The position numbers and the translations under genes are program-made. Shown here one piece after another: positions 24,691 through 37,050 of a DNA stretch of 64,000 bases. Position 1 is the stretch's first letter, and the number at the start of each line of letters is the position of its first letter. The notes below the pieces were generated by a model. The model searched no databases, was not told the origin of the DNA, and saw only the letters and a list, made by a program, of their open reading frames with translations. Origin of the DNA: Lama guanicoe (Eukaryota); the NCBI GenBank assembly GCA_013239625.1, contig MU054323.1, forward strand, positions 20,357,082-20,421,081, in the 5' to 3' direction.

Positions 24691-25195
24691 TTTCAGTTAC
24701 CTATTGCTGTGTAACAAAACATTCCAAAGCTTGACGGTTTAAAGCAATCACTATTTTATTACCTTTCATGATTCTGTGGGTTGGTTGGGCCTAGCTGAGC
24801 ATCTCTTCTGCTGCTTTGCTTGGGAATTCTCATGTGTCTGTGGCTGGGTGGTGTAAGGGGCTGGAGTCAAGAGGCTCAGCTGGAATGCTGGGACAGCTGG
24901 TCCTGTCCTTCTTTCTCCATAATCTCTGGGCCTGTCTCCCTCCACGTGGCTTCTCTAGTAGGGTAGCTGGACTTCCCAGATGGCAGCTCAGGACTCCTAG
25001 AAGTGAGTATTTCAGAAAGGTGGAAAAGGAAACTGCCAGTCTTCCTAAAGGCTACGTCCAAAACTTACACAAAGTATATCCAGTGTATTCCATGTGTTAG
25101 CGTGAGTCACAGGTTGGGCCAGAGTCACTGTGGGGGCACCACACAGGGCATACATACCAGGAGGTCTCGTTCATCAGGGCCTTCTTTGGAGAGCA
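24691..25195 (-). mobile_element. MLT1 (F/G/H-like) MaLR LTR, antisense
   Basis: Starts tcagttacctattgctgtgtaacaaa (reverse complement of the MLT1 3' end) and is homologous to the sense LTR at 26442. Confidence 0.75.
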
Positions 25196-25199
25196 GGTT

Positions 25200-26441
25200 C
25201 CTCGGTGCTGGAAGTGAGTGATGTAACAAAAATCTAGAGCCTGTGGTTTGCTTTGGGACAGTTGGAGGGCAGAAGCTGAAGAGTCTTGAGGAGTTCCCAA
25301 AGGCCTGAAACAGTAAGGAAACTGTTATCAGAGGCTGGAGAAGAGAGGACCTGAGAGAGTCACTCAGAAGAATTATGTGAAACCATCCCCTATAGTCCTG
25401 GGGCAAGTAGAAAGGGTGCCTAATGAACTTGTGATCTGGCTAAGATAATTTCCAGGCAGGATGTTGGAAGTGCTCACTAGTTTCTTCTGGCTCACTCTGA
25501 TAAGAAAGGAAAAGACAGAGACGAACTACAGAAGCTTTGGAGCAGAATATAGGAAATTGAAGGAGCCCAGGTCTACTGTTCCAGCCAGCAAAAGCCTGGA
25601 AAAGTAAGAAATGGTCTCAGGGCAGAGATGACACCCAGGAAGCTGCCTGTAAAATGAGACCTCAGGTATAGCCATGGGAGTGGCTGTAAAACCCTTTAGA
25701 AATATTTAAGGGCATGTCTTTAAGACCCTTTGGATAGACAACAGGGCTTCTAAGGATGTTAAGGGTGTACCTCTCAGGTCCTCTCTGCTGGGCAACAGGA
25801 CTAAGACTACCACAGCAACTTCCAGGTGGCTTAAGGTGAGAAGGGCCTTTTTGGAAATAATTGAGGGTGGGCCTTTTGTCTAATGGAGTAGGTTATAATT
25901 TGATAGAATTATAGAATTTTTCCAGCTTGGATTGCAAGGGAGAGAGACAGTTCAAAATGAAGAGACGCTTTTTTATGGGCAGGAAGCAGGCTGAGAAGTT
26001 GATTTGGCTGCAAACAACTGACCGTTTCTTCCAGAGAAGGAAGGATAACTGAGACTGTGGAGTGGAGAGCCACAGACAACCACTCCTAGAGAGCAGGACC
26101 AGGCGCTAAGAAAGGAACTGGCTTGATTTCAGAATTGCTCTGCACCACTTTTCCTCCTTTTTGAACAAGAATGTCTATCACAGTTGCCCTGTGCTGACCT
26201 CCTGGTTGTGTGTTGGATTTGTGGGGAAAGATAACTTGTCTCATTAGTTCACAGATCCTCAGACCAAGAGGAAGCATCCCTAAGCACCCACACCTGAGGG
26301 GCCTCCCCTATAGTGGCCCTGAAGTAGATGTCGGGATCCTGGGTTTAGAGCCTAAGCCTGATGTGTCTCATCCATGGATGAGACCTTGGGGGTCTTGGAC
26401 AGTGAGTGTCTTTTGAAAATTCGAGGGGCCAGAGGGCAGAC
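25200..26441 (+). mobile_element. MLT1 internal region (MaLR-int)
   Basis: ggtgctggaagtgagtgatgtaacaaaaatctag...tgtggtttgctttgggac matches the MLT-int start; ends in the purine-rich tract gaggggccagagggcagac just before the LTR TG. Confidence 0.7.
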
Positions 26442-26975
26442 TGTGGTGGCCAGCCTTCAGAGCCAGCCCCCAGTGAACAACATCTCCTGTTATTCATGAC
26501 CTTGTGTATTCCTCTCTCTTGAAGCTGGGCTGTCCCTGTGACTCACTTCTGGCCAATAGAAAGCAACAGTGATGCTGAGTGATTTCTGAGAACAGGTCAC
26601 AGGAAGCCTTTTGGCTTCCACCTGGGTCTCTTTCAATGCTTATCCTGGGATAAGCCAGCCATCGTGTAAGAAGTCTGATTCCTCTGAGACTGCCAAGCTA
26701 GCCATGTGGACAGGTCACAGGAGAGAGCAGTAGAGTTGTTCCAGCCATCCCAGCTGAGCCCTGGTTGTGAGTATGGATACTGCCATCTTGGACGTACAGT
26801 CTAGCTGAACCTGCTTTTGACTCTAGACCTTGTCACCATTCGACTGCAGCCACACCAGAGACATCCTCCTCCAAGTGACCACTGGCAGTCAATCCATCAA
26901 ACTGAGAGAAAAAAATAATTTATTTTAAGCCACTAAGTTTTAGGATTTGTTATGCAGCAATAGGTAACTGAAAGT
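26442..26975 (+). mobile_element. MLT1 (F/G-like) MaLR 3' LTR
   Basis: tgtggtggccagcc...cccccagtgaac...tgtgactcacttctggccaataga...ttttaagccactaagttttaggatttgttatgcagcaataggtaactga. Confidence 0.8.
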
Positions 26976-27667
26976 GTAAAAGAAAATTATGTGTATTTTA
27001 ATAAAAATGCAAATTAAATTGTAAAAGGTCAGAGCTTCAAATTCCTTTTCTTATAAATTTTAAATGTTTTTTAATATTCAAAATTATCTATGAAGATTAA
27101 AAGGCAAATATAACTAATAGTATAACTATTTCATTTTGTCTAATAAATACAGGATTTTTAATAAAATATTTAAAACTGAATTTTAATTTAAGTTTTGAGA
27201 ATTTAGTTAAATCTTAGTAAATACTTTTATAAAAATATAATCAATCATACACAGTTCTAGTGTTGTTTGATGTCTATCCAGTTGCCAATGTAAAGAATCA
27301 GTACCACACTGCATGCATGTTACATCTTGATCTGCATATGTACAAATGTAGGAGAATTATGAATTATGTATACTGGAAAATGTTCTCAGCTGCCATGTAC
27401 AATTATAACAACTACTGTGCTAATTTGTGAGTACCTCTGGAACTACAAAGAGAAGCAAGAAAATGCATGTTTGCCACTATTGGGACATGCTACTTTTATT
27501 GCATTCTTGCTATCTGAGAGGAAGGATTTGTTAAATCAGTCCAACTTTTCACTTGCCTAAGTGCTTCTACCATTCAGTCCTCCTTATGCTCCAGAGCAGG
27601 GTCCATCTCTGATGTCAGTAGCAACACAACCCACTCGTTTTTATAGCATTTAAACACAATCTCCTTT

Positions 27668-27812
27668 CTTTTTAAATTGAAGTACAGTCAGTTACAATGT
27701 GTTAATTTCTGGTGTACAGCATAATGTCCCAGTCATGCATATACATACATATATTCATTTTCATATTCTTTTTCATTAAAGGTTATTAAAAGATATTGAA
27801 TATAGTTCCCAG
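27668..27812 (-). mobile_element. 5'-truncated lineage-specific L1 3' end
   Basis: ttaaattgaagtacagtcagttacaatgtgt...aatgtcccagtcatgcatatac; flanking direct repeat atctccttt at 27659-27667 and 27813-27821. Confidence 0.8.
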
Positions 27813-28139
27813 ATCTCCTTTTGGTTCAAGAATTTAACACGAATAATGTGGAGAAGCGTTTCCCTGGGCCCTGAATGATGCTGCCCAGGAGAGTGTATGT
27901 TCAGAGTTAGAGATCACTCTTTGCTAGTGCTGAGTGCCAGATCCCAGGGGACAGAGGTATCCATGTGCTCTTTAACTGTGTGCACACGTGCGTGTGTGAT
28001 TACTGCTTCCAGCCATCCTGTACAGGTCTGGCAGAGGTGTGCCTCCCTCTTGAAGTTCTGTGGAACCCTGACCCTTGGAAGACTCATTCTCTTATTTAGT
28101 TCTTTGGTCTGAAACAGATTTCATAGTCAGTTATTAGCC

Positions 28140-28600
28140 TGGTGTATCAGTTGTCAGCTGTAAGTGATAAAAGACCAATTCGAACAGGCTTAAGCAAAAA
28201 GGGACTATATTAGCTTCCACAGTTGGGAAGTCCAAGGACAGAAACATAGTGCTCATACTTTATTTTTAGGGAGGGGGCTTGGAGAGCCCCGTGATTGATG
28301 GATGGCTCACCAAAACTCCCAGACTTGGTGGCTGGGGGAAGCATGCCTGGTTCCCCTAAGGAAGGGAGGCAGCCAGAACGCAACACGCCCTCCACACCTG
28401 GTTATAACCGTTTGCGAAATTCGATTTCTTGGTCTGTTGTGCTCAACACCTGGGCCAGATTTCTCAAGCAGCCCAGGTAGTAGGCACTATCTTCCTGAAG
28501 CTGGTGGCTGCCTGAAACAGATTATTCACCCACTCCTGTTTGAGAGCTTTCCATCCCTGGCCAAGCCCCTGGTGCAGGTGTGACAGTCACCAGCAGAGCA
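28140..28600 (-). mobile_element. MLT1 (J/K/L-like) LTR, degenerate
   Basis: tgtatcagtt...tgtaagtgataaaagaccaattcgaacaggcttaagcaaaaaggga...gggaagtcca. Confidence 0.55.
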
Positions 28601-30479
28601 GAAGTGACTGGGCCCAGCGCAGGCAGAAGGCTTTCTCGGTGCGGGCCACCACTTCCTTTGGTTTGTTGGAACAGCGAGGAATCCTCCGAGGATGGCTCCA
28701 CCAGAATCGTACCACTGCAGGTGTGCACAGTAGAAACGTCTGTACCATAAACATCAAAGGCACATTTCTGCCAGGCGGCGAGGGGTCATTTCCCTCCCCC
28801 AGGGCTCTCTGGAGGGGCTCTATGTGGATGGAGAGCCTCATGGACAGCCTCTCGTAACTCTTCACACAGCTGCTCCTCCACATGGAATCCCCCAGAAGCC
28901 TGGCAAGTGGGACACATTACCCTTCCTCAGGCCCCAAGGGGTCCCTCCCCACTTCTCCCCTCCCTCGATTCACTTTCCGCTGACCCTCCCAGCTGAATGT
29001 AGCTGCTGCTGCTCCTCTCTCCCCGCTCCCCCATCAGCCCAAAGTCTCCAGTGTTTCCTGACACACACTCCCAAGGTTTCTCAGGCTGCCGAAAACTCGT
29101 CCTGGGAGGAAAGACAGGAGGGGCTGGATGGCATGTCTTCCAAGCTGCCTGCCCAGGCTCCATTTGACCCACTGCCCGCCAGCAGTGAGTCTATAAATGT
29201 GTAGGGGGCCGCACCTTGGGTCAAGACGTGCCTGACCCCCAGCTCTGGTCTGCGCAGTGCGTCCTCCGGCCCATCTTTTCTGTCTCCCTCTCCCTTTCTC
29301 CATTTTCCTCCTTAGATCTCTCCATAACCCTCTCTTCCCCATTCCCTGACCTAAATGAGGCTAGTTAAACAAGCCTTAGTACATCGAGACTATAAATGTT
29401 ATAAGCCAGGCCGTGTGTTATGAATGTTCGTTGACACGAAAGTACCTGTGATATATTGTGTGGAGGGAAGAGGGCTCACCAGGCATTATCAGCATTATGA
29501 GCTCAGTTTTCTAAATGCCACCCCACCCCAAAAGACAATGCAAATCACACAACACAGTCATATATATAGCACTATAGCGTTCGTGTCCTTTCAGCTCTGC
29601 CCTATGGGGTCTAGGCTTTCTCTAGGTCAAGGCCCTTTGCAGACCCAAGGAATGGCAGATCTAGCCAGAGCCAGGAATGCATTTCAAAGGCTGGATTATC
29701 CCTCCTCCTCCTCCTTGCCCCACTATGGTGTTTGTCACTTCCTCTCTTTGGGAGCATCCAGAGGCCCTGGCCAAGGAGAGAGATGAAGGCAGAATTGTTG
29801 GATCAAAGTCTAAACACATAATAAAGGCATCTCCCTGCCCCACCTAAGGACATGATAATGTGCGTTTACCCACACACAAAACAGCAGTGCACTGGCCCGC
29901 CATAAACCTTCTCTTATTACAAAGCCAGAATGGTTTCCATCTGTGTTTAAGCTGCAGCCTATGAAATAATGTCTATAAAAATAAGATTGGAAGCAAAAAT
30001 ATCGAATGCAATAAATTATGGCTACACTGTTCTCTCCTGAGGGATGTCCTGGCCAAAGAACCTTCAATATTTCTATCTAGGGCTGTGCTTTGTATTTTCT
30101 CATAACAGCATTCCATTTGTTGACGGGAAGAAAGGGCCTAGACTGCTGAGGTTGACTCAATAGAGCTATGGTGCTTGGCTGTCTGTACCTGCCTGGCATC
30201 TTAATTTCTCTTCCAAAGCAACAACGGCTCTGCTTGTTGTGGAACTGCAAAATGAAAGCTGAAAGGGAGGCTGCCCAGGAGGAGATTTGGCCAGTTTCCA
30301 ACACTCTGCCATTTACCTCCTTCCAGCCCCCGCCCCCCACATCCCCTACACTATCACGACCGTGAATCCAGACACCTTCATGATCATCCTTCATGGACAC
30401 AACACACCTACCACTTACCAGGCATCGGCTAGGGTTTGGGGGAGAGGGAATCCTGAGACACTGATATGACACAGATCTG

Positions 30480-30930
30480 AGATTTTAAAATCTCTAGGAT
30501 GGGCCAGATATACAAATAACTTAGAAGAAGAAGAAAAGTCAACAACAAGGCACTGAAAAGCTCTCCCAGGGTTCAAAGGAGAGAGGGATGAAGTGCCTTT
30601 TGAATTGAGTCTGGAAGGATGGGTTGGATCTAAACCTGCAGGACTGGAAGGAAGTGGCCTTCTTTGAAGAGGGATTGATGGAAGGGAAAGTGCAACATTA
30701 TAACATTTGGGCGCGTAGGAGTGGAATGAGTTCAACTGGGCTGGACCCCCAGGAGCCTGAGAGGCAGTGAGGGAAATCAGGTTGAAGCGGGGGCGGCTGG
30801 ACTAGATCAAGAAATATGATGGATAAAGAAAGAGGCCACGCAGTCCAAGGATTTTGGCCTTTTGAAGTGGAAAGTGGAGGACCAATGGAAAGTTACTGAG
30901 CCGTGGAAGGATGGAGCTGGTTTTGAAGCT
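30480..30930 (-). mobile_element. L2 LINE fragment
   Basis: gaagtgccttttgaattgagtctggaaggatgggttggat...gcagtccaaggattttggcctt...gaccaatggaaagtt. Confidence 0.5.
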
Positions 30931-31137
30931 AACCATTGTGATTTGCTCTTGGGGCCAGTGAGCATTCTCTCCTTCTTCCCTGAAAAGATCCCAACTCCTC
31001 TCCCCTCTTGGCTGATTCAAAAATTTAATAGGAATGTTGAGTGTTAGCCATTTGCTTTAAATCCTACCACTTCATACTTTGTCCCTTTGCCTTAAGCATT
31101 TGTGACAGAGGAAGAAGGATAAGAATGAAACACATAT

Positions 31138-31276
31138 GGGGGGAGGGTATAGCTCAGTGGTAGAGCGCATGCTTATCATGCACGAGGTCCTGGGTTCAAT
31201 CCCTAGTCCTTCCATTAAAAAAAAAAAAGTAAATAAATAAATAAACCTAATTACCTCCTCCTTTCAAAAAAATAAA
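31138..31276 (+). mobile_element. tRNA-Ala-derived SINE (camelid vic-1-like), full length with TSD
   Basis: Head ggggagggtatagctcagtggtagagcgcatgc...ctgggttcaatcc, A-rich linker, aaacctaattacctcc tail; perfect flanking repeat ataagaatgaaacacatat at 31119-31137 and 31277-31295. Confidence 0.92.
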
Positions 31277-31450
31277 ATAAGAATGAAACACATATAGCCA
31301 TTAACTATAACTCAAATAAAGGCATCTGATGCTTTCTAGAGAGTAGAGTTTGCTTGGGACAGGTGTGGCGTGTGAGGGTACTAGGAGCCTGGAGGGTTGG
31401 CAGGTACCACAGAAGGAGAGAGGACAGCCCTGTGTCAGCTCCCATGGCCT

Positions 31451-31524
31451 GCTTTGCCCTTCTTTGTGGGATCAGCTAGATGTGGCTTTGCCCTTCTTTA
31501 TGGGATCAGCTAGATGTGGCTCTG
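31451..31524. repeat. 34-bp tandem duplication
   Basis: gctttgcccttcttt(g/a)tgggatcagctagatgtg at 31451-31484 and 31485-31518, one mismatch. Confidence 0.95.
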
Positions 31525-34500
31525 AGGTTTTGGACTCAGAGGAGAGAGTCCAATGCAGCGGGCATCCCCAAGAGCTAGTGGGGGGAAGCCCAGGCTTTCT
31601 GCATCCTGGAGGAATGGACAGAGCTGGTGCCACTTTCTGTGGCCTTTGTCCTTGGAGTGAGGGTGGCACTGCCCTCATTCTTTCTCCATGATTCCGAAGG
31701 GACCCACTGGAGTTTATCTAGCAGGTGTTTCTAAGGCATTTTCATTTTAAATTTCTTTCTTGGCTTTATTTAATAATGCCACCCCCCAGTGCAAGCGCCT
31801 CCCCCCGATTCTGTCCTCTTCTGTGTAGAGGAAGAAAGGCTGACCTGCTGTCCTGTCGTGGCTGGGCCTCGACCCTCATTCTCTGGCAGACGTTTAGGGT
31901 AGAGCTTGGATCCTTCCCTCCTCCCAATAGGGTGTTAGCGAGAGTCCAAGGAGTTGGGACTATGGGAGAAAAGGCGCCTGTGACCCTTCCCCCACCTCTC
32001 TGCCCGGTTTTGCTCTGAGGACGGGGGAGGGGGCTCTTCCAGGCCCTGCTGGCAGCCAGGCCAGCGTTTGTGGTAGGCGGTGTTTATGTGAACGCACAAA
32101 TGTTTATGTGAGGTTGCCAACCGGTTATTTATGAGTCTCTGAGCTCTTCCCCAATAAAAGCTGTTTCCTCAATGTTCTGACAGGCCCCGCATCTGAAACT
32201 AATGTGTCACTCGCTCAGCTAATGCAGTTCACTTGTGTTTATTTTCGCACAAAAGCAATTTATCCAGCCACTCTGGAAGAAAAAAAAAAAGAAAAAAACC
32301 ACGGCCCTGTCAGGAGCCTTCTTTGGAGCCGAGTGTTTTTCCTCAAAAGATATTCCAAATGGCTTGCAGCGCAGGGCAGGCTTCTGGTGTCTGTGGGTCT
32401 GTCCTGCGTGTGAGGGAGTTGGGGGGTGGCATGAGCCCTTGCTTTGTCTCCGAGTGTACGGATGTGTGTCTTTGGGCCTCTGTCTGTCTGGAATTGAGTG
32501 AGTTTGTTTACCTCTCAGTCAGACTTTTGCCTGGGTGTGTTTGGGTTCCTTTTTTTAAAAGGTATTGGGGGTGGGGCTGGATCTAACTTTGCATTCCCTC
32601 TGGTGGAGATAAATCAAAGTTGGGAAAGTAAGTTGTTGGCAGTTAAAATGCCTGGAGGAGGTTTGAGGAAGGAGGGGAGGAGGGTGAAGGTTGAAAGGGA
32701 GGATGATTGGCTTCAGGGCAAAAAGAGCATTAACACTGGCCGGCCAAGGACTGTCGCTATAAAACCCCAGAGGAAGGTTGCCCAGGCACCAGTGCCTTCC
32801 CTGCGGTTGTTAATTTTATCATCCCCACTCTGTTTTCCCTCAGGATTGGCGGTAAGCCTTTCGAGTGAAAAGGATGCTCTGTGGGCTTGTTTGGGGGGTT
32901 CTGTGAGAAAGGAGGAAGCCTGAGAAGTCATTTCCTGCTGCACAAACTGATTTCTGGGAAAAGGAACAAAACAACGAGGGTGAGAGGGGTATGCCCGCAC
33001 CAGGGTGGGGGTTAGGAGTCAGGCTGAGTGTTTGGGGTCTGCCAGCAGGAAAAAGAGGCGCTGACTTGGGCTGGGGAAAGGCCTGGAGGTCTCTGTGGTT
33101 CTCAGTCTTACTCTGATTGCCACTGACTCTGGCCAGTCAGTGAGCCAATCTGGGTTGAGTAGGAGAATCCAGAAGTCTCCATGTAGACCCCCTCCCACTG
33201 CTGGGATAGCTCCTGGATGCCCATGGCCACCTGGCAGGGAGGGGTGGCCCTGATGGCAGGCGTCTTTCATGTCACACCTAAGTGACACGGCAGAGGTAAT
33301 GGCATATTAGGACGTGGTTCCAAAACCATGTGCCTGAGGGACCTTCACACTCATTACCTGAAACAAATGTCTTCTCACAGCTCAGACCAAATCTTGGCTG
33401 CCTAGTCTCAATCTGCAGGAAAATATTAAATTAACAGTGTGGAGCTTCCCCCCACCCTGAGTTTTCCTCCAATAAGATTTCATTAAATCTTTGGTGCCGG
33501 CAGAATCAGAAGTCCGTCACTGTTTGCGTAAACATAGAGAAATAGACAATTGTGCTTTGCCTGAAAGCTTGTTTTTATGGGCCTGGGCTGTTCCGATGGT
33601 GATTGTGTCTGGCACCCATAACCTGACCAGGAGGAAGCCATCCATTTGTCTCATGGTTTCTCTGGCCAGGTGACTTTCATGGTCATCCCTTTGTTTCCCT
33701 GTGACCTGAGTGAATTTGACCTCAGGGCCTGCTCTTCCTTTTGGGGATCGTGTGAGCATGTGGGAGGAAGGCGAGGAGCTGAGGGATGCCAGTCAACCCT
33801 GCCCTCTGGTTTCCAGTACAGGAATTCAAACTGGACAGACTTGGGGGTGGGAGTGGGGGAGGCATTTGAAAAGTCGGGATTTGCCCTTTAGATCTAAAGG
33901 TCTCCATGGAGCGTCCCTTCCTTCAGTGCCCTGGGAGTGCATGTGTCTTTGGCCCCTGCCCCCTAGAATGCATCCCTTCCTCCTGCTTCCACTTTTGTCC
34001 TCCTTCAGGTCACCCTGGGATTTTAAACTCCTTCTTGCTGTTGAATTTGCACCTAGGCAGGTGGCCGTCCCTCCGTGGTGAGTGAACCTCCTGCCACCTT
34101 TGTCTTGGAAATCTTTGGGGCAGGCTCAGGGCTCCCGTGGATTGTAAGTCCCGGCCCTTCCCTCCCTGTCCAGTGGGCCCATGACCAGAGAGGAGTGGGG
34201 AGCTTCGAGTCTGGGAGTCAGGGCAGAAAGACCTGGGATGAACTTGTACTCTGGAAAGAGGCTTACTTTAGAATCTTAGAAGAAAAACGCCAGCTCCCAG
34301 CCCTCAGCAGGTTCAGCCATCCATCACCTTCCCAACTCTAACTGGCACAGCTGTCTGGCTGCGGGGCTCACCAGCCTCTCCTCCCTGCTTGACTGTAGGC
34401 TGAACGGCAAAGCTATCCTGTCTTGCTGTAGCCTTTGGGTTTGGTTGCCCCCCACCCAGGCTGTCTTCCCTAACTGGCAGGCTCACCTCCCACCTTGGCT

Positions 34501-36460
34501 GCTGCAGGCCAGGGAAAGGGCTGTCCCACTGAATATATGCATCATGGAGCCATATTTTCCCACCAGCAAACTTGTTCTCAGGTCCTAAAGTGAGGGTTCA
34601 CAAACCCCACTGCCCAAAGGGACCCAGGAGGTAAAGTAAGGAGAGAAGGGACAGGACCCAGGAAAGACACTGGGCCCCAGGCTTGGGAGCAGTGGGGAGT
34701 GGTGGGCACAGAGGCTCCTGTAGAGCACATGCTCCGTCCACAGGGCTGACCTGCCTTGCAGCACAAAGGGGTTGTGGTTTCGAAATGCCAGCCCTGGGAA
34801 GCCAGTTCTACGTTCAGATCTGGGCTTTCCTAATGTGATGTACTGGCAACAAATTCCAACTTGAAACATGGTGTAGGCCAGGCAGTGCATGTCTGCTGGC
34901 CGGTTGTGGCTCATTGGCCCCTCTGCTGCTGTGAAATGTGGTGGCTCTTACTTCTGGATGTTCGGGGATGCTCACTGCAATGTCCAGGTCCTCGGCCTGG
35001 AACTAATTGAGGAATCCTTGCATCAGGTGCCTTACAGGCTCATGCCCCTCGCTGAAAGCTGACACAGCCCATTTCCTGAGAGCTGGATGTTTTAACCCAC
35101 ACTGTCCTGGGGTAGCACAGGTTTCCTTTGTCTACAGGAAGGGACACAGACCTCTGTTCTTCCTGTGGAAGGCCCCTCTGGGGAGTCTGGAGCAGTGGCT
35201 TCTCTGGACCAGGGCACCTTATCCACGGAAGTGACAGATATCAAGGATGGCTTCCAGATTTCTGGTTTGTGCAAAGAGGGGGGGAAGTGGAGCCTCCCTC
35301 AGCGAGAAGGAATACTGGAGAATCACTGGGCTTGGGGGGAAGACCCAGACATCTCTGGATTTTACCCCATTTTCCTAGGTTGGAAGGAAGGGGAAGGGAG
35401 GCTTTTGGCCTGAGATGTGGCATTGCGAGTGTGGCTTCTGCTTCACCCCATGTGTAGCCTCCAGGGGGAGGAGGAATCAGGGCCCAGAGCCCTGTCCCCA
35501 GAAGGTGTTCTTGGGCTCAGCCTAGGTCCCCAGGGACAACCTAGCAGCGACCACCAAGCTTGGGAGGGACACTCATGTTGGTCCCAGGGTCACTGAGGCT
35601 TCTGGGATCATCTAGTGATGGGGAAAGAACTCGGGTCTGCATCTGCACTTTATTAGCATGTGACCTTGGGCAATGATGTCACCTCCTGGGTGTTAGTCCC
35701 TTCTCTGTGGATAGGTCTGTCCAGTTGATCTGTAACCTCCAACCAGCCTCCATGTTCTCTGACAATGATTCTTCTGCCAGCTGCTGCCTTAGCTCCATTT
35801 GACTCACCTTTAGGGTAAGGGTGGAACTGTTGCTTCACCCCTGACTTCAGCAAGGCCACAGCGAGCCACCAGGTCTGCTGCTGGAGGCAGGAAGGGAGCA
35901 GGCCCAGGCCCAGTCTCCTAGTTCTTGGAGGAGCAGGAGTAGGAGATGGCTGGATCCCAGGCCCTCTGCTGGCCTTGGGGTTTGAGGCCACAGCTATGGT
36001 GCAGGCCTCTGTTCTGGGCCTGAGAAGCTATATGGGCTCCTGCTTTTCCTACGAGGCCTGTGTGGAGGGAGGGGAATGTCCAGGGGTGTGAGGGTTGGGC
36101 CATCTGGGAGAGTCGGTTTATAGGGTGATGGTGGGGCTTTGGGACCTCAGGCAGGAGTCCCGGGGTGCATTTCCTCACCCCAGCCTTGAGCACAGTGGGT
36201 ACTTCACAATTGCTTGCAGTCACCCCCACTGAGTGCCCAAACTCCCCTCTGGGCTGCCAGAGGTCTCTTCTGAGTGAGAAGGGCCCCCTCCCACCCTCAT
36301 CCCTGGTGGATACAGGAGTGAGATGATGGATCCAGGTTTGACCGTGGCTGTATTTTCCCTCCCTGTGGGTGTTGCTCCAAAAGTCACTGAGTTATCCAGA
36401 AAGGTCCTTGGGGACTTTAGACCTGGGGAATACTGGATGTGAAGCTGGAAATTGTTTGGG

Positions 36461-36583
36461 TTTTTTTTGGAGGGGGCCAGTAATTAGGTTTATTTGCTTA
36501 TTTTTAATGGCAGTACTGGGGATTGATCCCAGGACCTAATGCATGCTAAGCATGTGCTCTACCACTGGCCTATGCCCTCCCCC
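36461..36583 (-). mobile_element. vic-1-like SINE
   Basis: gtaattaggttt...gtactggggattgatcccaggacc...gcatgctaagcatgtgctctaccact...ccctccccc. Confidence 0.88.
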
Positions 36584-36639
36584 TTAGGTGGAAAATTTTC
36601 TTTCATCCTTCACCCCTCTTCAGGCCTCATTCTCTTGAA

Positions 36640-37050
36640 AATACCAGAACGAATAGTGGTGTAATGAATACTCATGTAGCCACAAACCAGTTTCAGAAAT
36701 AAAATTACAAATCCATTTGAAGGCCTCCGTGAGCATCTCCCAGACACACCTCCCTTCCCCTGCACCCTCTCTTCCCCAAGAAGTAACTACTATCTGGTAT
36801 TTGGCATTCCTCAATCTCACAAATTTCTTTAACCTTTTACTACAGATGCACATTTTCTTAGAGTATTCCCAGCGTTGTTTTGCATGCTCTGAAACTCTGT
36901 ATAAATAATGTCATTCTAATATGTGTTCTTGTGCAATTACTCTTTTGCCTCTCAGTATGTTTATGGGATTCCAGCAGGCGGACACGTGTGACTCTGGCTC
37001 ACTTATTTTCTATGCTATGTAGAATTCACTATGTGACTACCTCATTTCTC
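36640..37050 (-). mobile_element. Old L1 (L1ME-type) 3'UTR
   Basis: ccccaagaagtaactactatctg...gttttgcatgctctgaaactctgtataaataatgtcattct. Confidence 0.6.

Larger units (their letters stand above)
24255..28075. mobile_element. hAT-Tip100 (Arthur1-like) DNA transposon remnant interrupted by MaLR (24691-26975) and L1 (27668-27812) insertions
   Basis: aggcccacagaccatatatctaagtatttaaaagttgtaagtcaggctaacaaact...aaatatgttgtgtcctt...ccttgacaag at the left; AT-rich sequence resumes after 26975; continuity across the insertions is inferred. Confidence 0.45.

Noticed and set aside
31138..31215. tRNA-Ala-like cloverleaf (also at 36583, 47353, 52442, 55206, 61873, 63351)
   Set aside because: SINE heads: extra 5' G run, GTTCAA-type B box, stem and anticodon mutations, A-rich tails and TSDs rather than a T-run terminator.
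31451..31524. Direct repeats of CRISPR-like length (34 bp; also the 18-bp repeat at 16241)
   Set aside because: Only two copies, no spacer array, no cas genes, and a mammalian context.
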